Virus record (IMG/VR): IMGVR_UViG_3300044619_001509 | Length of the DNA: 20,000 bases | Reading direction: 5' to 3' (one strand) | From: an uncultured virus (IMG/VR IMGVR_UViG_3300044619_001509) | Taxonomy: Duplodnaviria; Heunggongvirae; Uroviricota; Caudoviricetes | Part shown: piece after piece, positions 17,759 to 20,000 of the stretch | How the letters are laid out: each line of letters starts with the position of its first letter | How positions within the stretch are numbered: the stretch's first letter is position 1 | Made by a program: the position numbers and the translations under genes | Notes under the pieces: model-generated | Seen by the model: only the letters and a program-made list of their open reading frames with translations | What the model was told of the DNA's origin: nothing | Databases searched by the model: none

Positions 17759-19854
17759 TGGCAGCAATTATTCAGGTCAAGCGCGGTAAATCAGCAAGAT
17801 GGAAAGAAGTAAATCCCATTCTCGCTGTTGGTGAGCTTGGTCACGAAATTGATACAAATTTAATTAAAGCGGGTGATGGTGTTTCTGCTTGGAACGACCT
17901 TCCTTATTTTCATGGAATTCAAGGAATTCAGGGTGAACAAGGGGAAACTGGTGACAAGGGAGACAAGGGTGATATTGGTGAGATGGGCCCAAGAGGGTTG
18001 CAGGGACTCAAGGGAGATAAGGGCGACAAAGGAGATCGCGGCGAAAAGGGTGATCGCGGTGAAAAAGGTCTAAAAGGAGATCGCGGCGATAAGGGATTAA
18101 AGGGTGATAAGGGAGATCGTGGCGAAAAAGGAGATAAAGGAGAACGCGGACTCTCAGGCCCACAAGGAGCAAAAGGTGAAATTGGTCCTGTTGGACCAGC
18201 AGGAGCAAATGGTGCAGATGGCCCAATTGGTGTAAAGGGAGATAAAGGTGACACGGGTGATCCCGCTGTTTTAAATGCAACTTATCCTTTAAAATTAAAT
18301 GATAAAAATTTAAGCGTAGATCAAACCTTTTTTACAGAATTAGTAAATAATACCACAAAAGGTTTTTCTGCACAGGGCTCTGGTGGTGGTAATCTTGCTA
18401 TTCGTTGGAACGACGAAAAAGTTGTATCTGCTGCGCGCACTTTAAATTTTACTGGTACTGCTATTTCAGATGTAGTCGTTGATGGCAAAGATGTAACTAT
18501 TACGATTGATGATACTGGTGGTGGCGGTGGTGGTGGAAGTCAGAATGTATTTTCTACATTTGCTGTTGCAGGACAGTCCGATATCGTAGCAGATAGTACA
18601 ACCGACACCTTTACATTTTTTGCTGGTTCGAACATCGTTCTTACAACAAATAACACCACAGATACATTGTCAATTGCGTTGGCAAATGAAATTACCGTTC
18701 TTGATGTAAACACCGATAGAATAGATTTCAACTTAACGCCCGCAGCAACCACAGTCCCACAAGGCAGAATGATTTGGGATTCGACATATTCTACTGTCTC
18801 GTTGGGAATAAACAACAATGTTGCTGCTGCAATAGGACAAGCACTATACAAACTTGTTCATAATTCTAGTGGATCTCAAATCAATAAAGGACAAGTAGTT
18901 TATATTAGTGGCGCACACGCATCTACTTCGTTGACAATTGAATTAGCAGATGCCTCATCAGAAGCAACCGCAGCAACAACAATTGGTGTTGTTGCCGAAA
19001 ATATTCCACACGGTTCAGATGGATTTATTGTAACACAAGGATTGTTAACAGGAATAAGAACAAATAATATACCAGGCACAGGTGGTGAGGGTGATATAAT
19101 TTGGTTAAATACTGTTGCTGGTGGATTTACTTTTGATAGACCAACACAACCAGATCACGGTGTCGTTGTTGGTTGGTTGGTTAAATCGGCAGGAGCAGGT
19201 GCGGGAAGTATATTCGTCAAGATAACAAATGGTCAAGAACTATATGAAATACATGATGTTCTTATTCAATCTATTGCAGATAAACAACTTCTACAATATG
19301 ATGGGCCTGCGGGAGTATGGAAAAACAAATCGGTTTCTGATGTAATTAATGCACTTATAAATGTAGACTTAACAACAAACAATCAGTTAAGATTTACATA
19401 TGCAAATAATACCACAGAATCATTTAGTTTTGGATCTCTTGCTTTCCAAAGCGGCACATTCAGCGGTACATCTAGTGGTACAAACACTGGCGATCAGAAT
19501 CTATTTTCTACAATAGTAATTGCTGGTCAATCAAATGTTGTTGCAGATTCCACATCGGATACCTTGACATTAGTTGCGGGGTCAAATATAACATTAACCA
19601 CAAATGCCACAACCGATACTATTACAATTTCTGGCACTGGTGGGGGAAGTACAGATTCGTTTAAGACAATTGCTGTTTCTGGTCAAAATAGTGTTGTTGC
19701 AGATTCTTCAACAGATACCTTGACATTAGCAGCAGGATCGAATATAAGTATTACTACAGATGATACTACAGATACCATCACCATATCCGCCACTGGTGGT
19801 GGTGGTGGAGGAGTGGATGAAGATTTTGTAATAGCGATGGCAATTGCACTATAA
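17758..19854 (+). CDS. Collagen-containing fibre protein with Mtd-N/hyaluronidase-N-like domain
   Basis: IQVKRG...W..VNPILAVGELGHEIDT..IKAGDGVSAWNDLPY N-domain; 39 Gly-X-Y triplets; three repeat modules; NSSGSQINKGQVVYISG...ADA...IGVVAENI...GFIVTQG domain; C-terminal FVIAMAIAL. TAATG-coupled start at 17758. Confidence 0.85.
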   Translation: MAAIIQVKRGKSARWKEVNPILAVGELGHEIDTNLIKAGDGVSAWNDLPYFHGIQGIQGEQGETGDKGDKGDIGEMGPRGLQGLKGDKGDKGDRGEKGDRGEKGLKGDRGDKGLKGDKGDRGEKGDKGERGLSGPQGAKGEIGPVGPAGANGADGPIGVKGDKGDTGDPAVLNATYPLKLNDKNLSVDQTFFTELVNNTTKGFSAQGSGGGNLAIRWNDEKVVSAARTLNFTGTAISDVVVDGKDVTITIDDTGGGGGGGSQNVFSTFAVAGQSDIVADSTTDTFTFFAGSNIVLTTNNTTDTLSIALANEITVLDVNTDRIDFNLTPAATTVPQGRMIWDSTYSTVSLGINNNVAAAIGQALYKLVHNSSGSQINKGQVVYISGAHASTSLTIELADASSEATAATTIGVVAENIPHGSDGFIVTQGLLTGIRTNNIPGTGGEGDIIWLNTVAGGFTFDRPTQPDHGVVVGWLVKSAGAGAGSIFVKITNGQELYEIHDVLIQSIADKQLLQYDGPAGVWKNKSVSDVINALINVDLTTNNQLRFTYANNTTESFSFGSLAFQSGTFSGTSSGTNTGDQNLFSTIVIAGQSNVVADSTSDTLTLVAGSNITLTTNATTDTITISGTGGGSTDSFKTIAVSGQNSVVADSSTDTLTLAAGSNISITTDDTTDTITISATGGGGGGVDEDFVIAMAIAL
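17914..18264 (+). repeat. Collagen-like (Gly-X-Y)39 coding repeat
   Basis: Uninterrupted from GIQGIQGEQ to GDKGDTGDP, rich in GDK/GEK/GDR triplets. Confidence 0.95.
18541..18678 (+). repeat. Fibre repeat module, copy B (diverged)
   Basis: QNVFSTFAVAGQSDIVADSTTDTFTFFAGSNIVLTTNNTTDTLSIA, preceded by a poly-Gly linker. Confidence 0.85.
19474..19812 (+). repeat. Fibre repeat module, tandem copies C and D
   Basis: SGTNTGDQNLFSTIVIAGQSNVVADSTSDTLTLVAGSNITLTTNATTDTITISGTGGGS followed by TDSFKTIAVSGQNSVVADSSTDTLTLAAGSNISITTDDTTDTITISATGGGGGG. Confidence 0.92.
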
Positions 19855-19863
19855 ATATAAATA
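19850..19863 (+). promoter_or_regulatory. Two overlapping consensus T4 late promoters
   Basis: TATAAATA at 19850-19857 and 19856-19863, followed by an AAGGA SD and ATG at 19874. Confidence 0.75.
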
Positions 19864-19873
19864 AGGATACTAT

Positions 19874-20000
19874 ATGAAAGCACTGTTAGGAATTGATTTC
19901 AATGGGTCTTATACCTTCGACCCAGCAAACAACAAGGTAATATTTAGAAACCTAGATGATGCTATTTCACTAAGCAGCATTCTGGTAATTACAAATGTCA
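19874..20000 (+). CDS. Start of a putative virion structural protein, 3'-truncated by the window edge
   Basis: MKALLGIDFNGSYTFDPANNKVIFRNLDDAISLSSILVITNV is open to the window end. The YTFD.A...I.F...L.ITNV pattern is common at N-termini of T4-like structural proteins. Confidence 0.65.
   Translation, partial: MKALLGIDFNGSYTFDPANNKVIFRNLDDAISLSSILVITNV

Noticed and set aside
17678..17760. Programmed -1 frameshift fusing the 17240 and 17758 genes
   Set aside because: The downstream frame has TGA stops at 17713 and 17740, and there is no canonical slippery heptamer after them; TAATG coupling suffices.
17928..18280. Minus-strand Ser-Pro repeat ORFs
   Set aside because: They are the antisense shadow of the collagen codons.
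5674..19650. Diversity-generating retroelement (TR/VR pair) as the explanation for the repeat
   Set aside because: No reverse transcriptase in the window. Differences between copies involve all bases and are mostly synonymous rather than adenine-specific. Both copies are internal coding modules.
1833..19883. Other minus-strand and nested alternative-frame ORFs in the track
   Set aside because: They lie within or almost wholly overlap well-supported + strand genes and have no recognisable motifs.
1..20000. Stop-codon reassignment (no called gene ends in TAG)
   Set aside because: All core genes are full length in the standard code with no in-frame TAG or TGA. TAG avoidance is common in AT-rich phages.
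1..20000. tRNA, CRISPR array or structured ncRNA
   Set aside because: Intergenic gaps are under ~30 nt; no cloverleaf or repeat-spacer pattern was seen.

Overview
This window is part of an AT-rich, gene-dense T4-like (Tevenvirinae/Kyanoviridae-type) myovirus genome, with all supported genes on the + strand. It holds the core replication module: RNase H, sliding clamp gp45, clamp loader gp44/gp62, RegA, family B DNA polymerase gp43, UvsX, helicase gp41 and primase gp61. Nucleotide-metabolism genes (dUTPase, ThyX, a DUF1599/Nmad1-like protein) are present, and an amino-methyltransferase lies between gp43 and uvsX. Two virion-fibre-like blocks occur: a four-gene insert between regA and dUTPase with a ~1.55 kb higher-GC core, and collagen/fibre genes at the right end. 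The two blocks share a ~60-codon repeat module 13,800 bp apart. Three near-consensus sigma70-type promoters lie inside coding sequences, and T4 late-promoter-like (T/C)ATAAATA boxes precede the structural genes. The most interesting candidates are (i) a possibly clamp-tethered DNA methyltransferase beside a polymerase with a motif-B Tyr->Phe change and an Nmad1-like gene, and (ii) a modular fibre-shuffling arrangement. All calls come from motif recognition only; no database searches were run.
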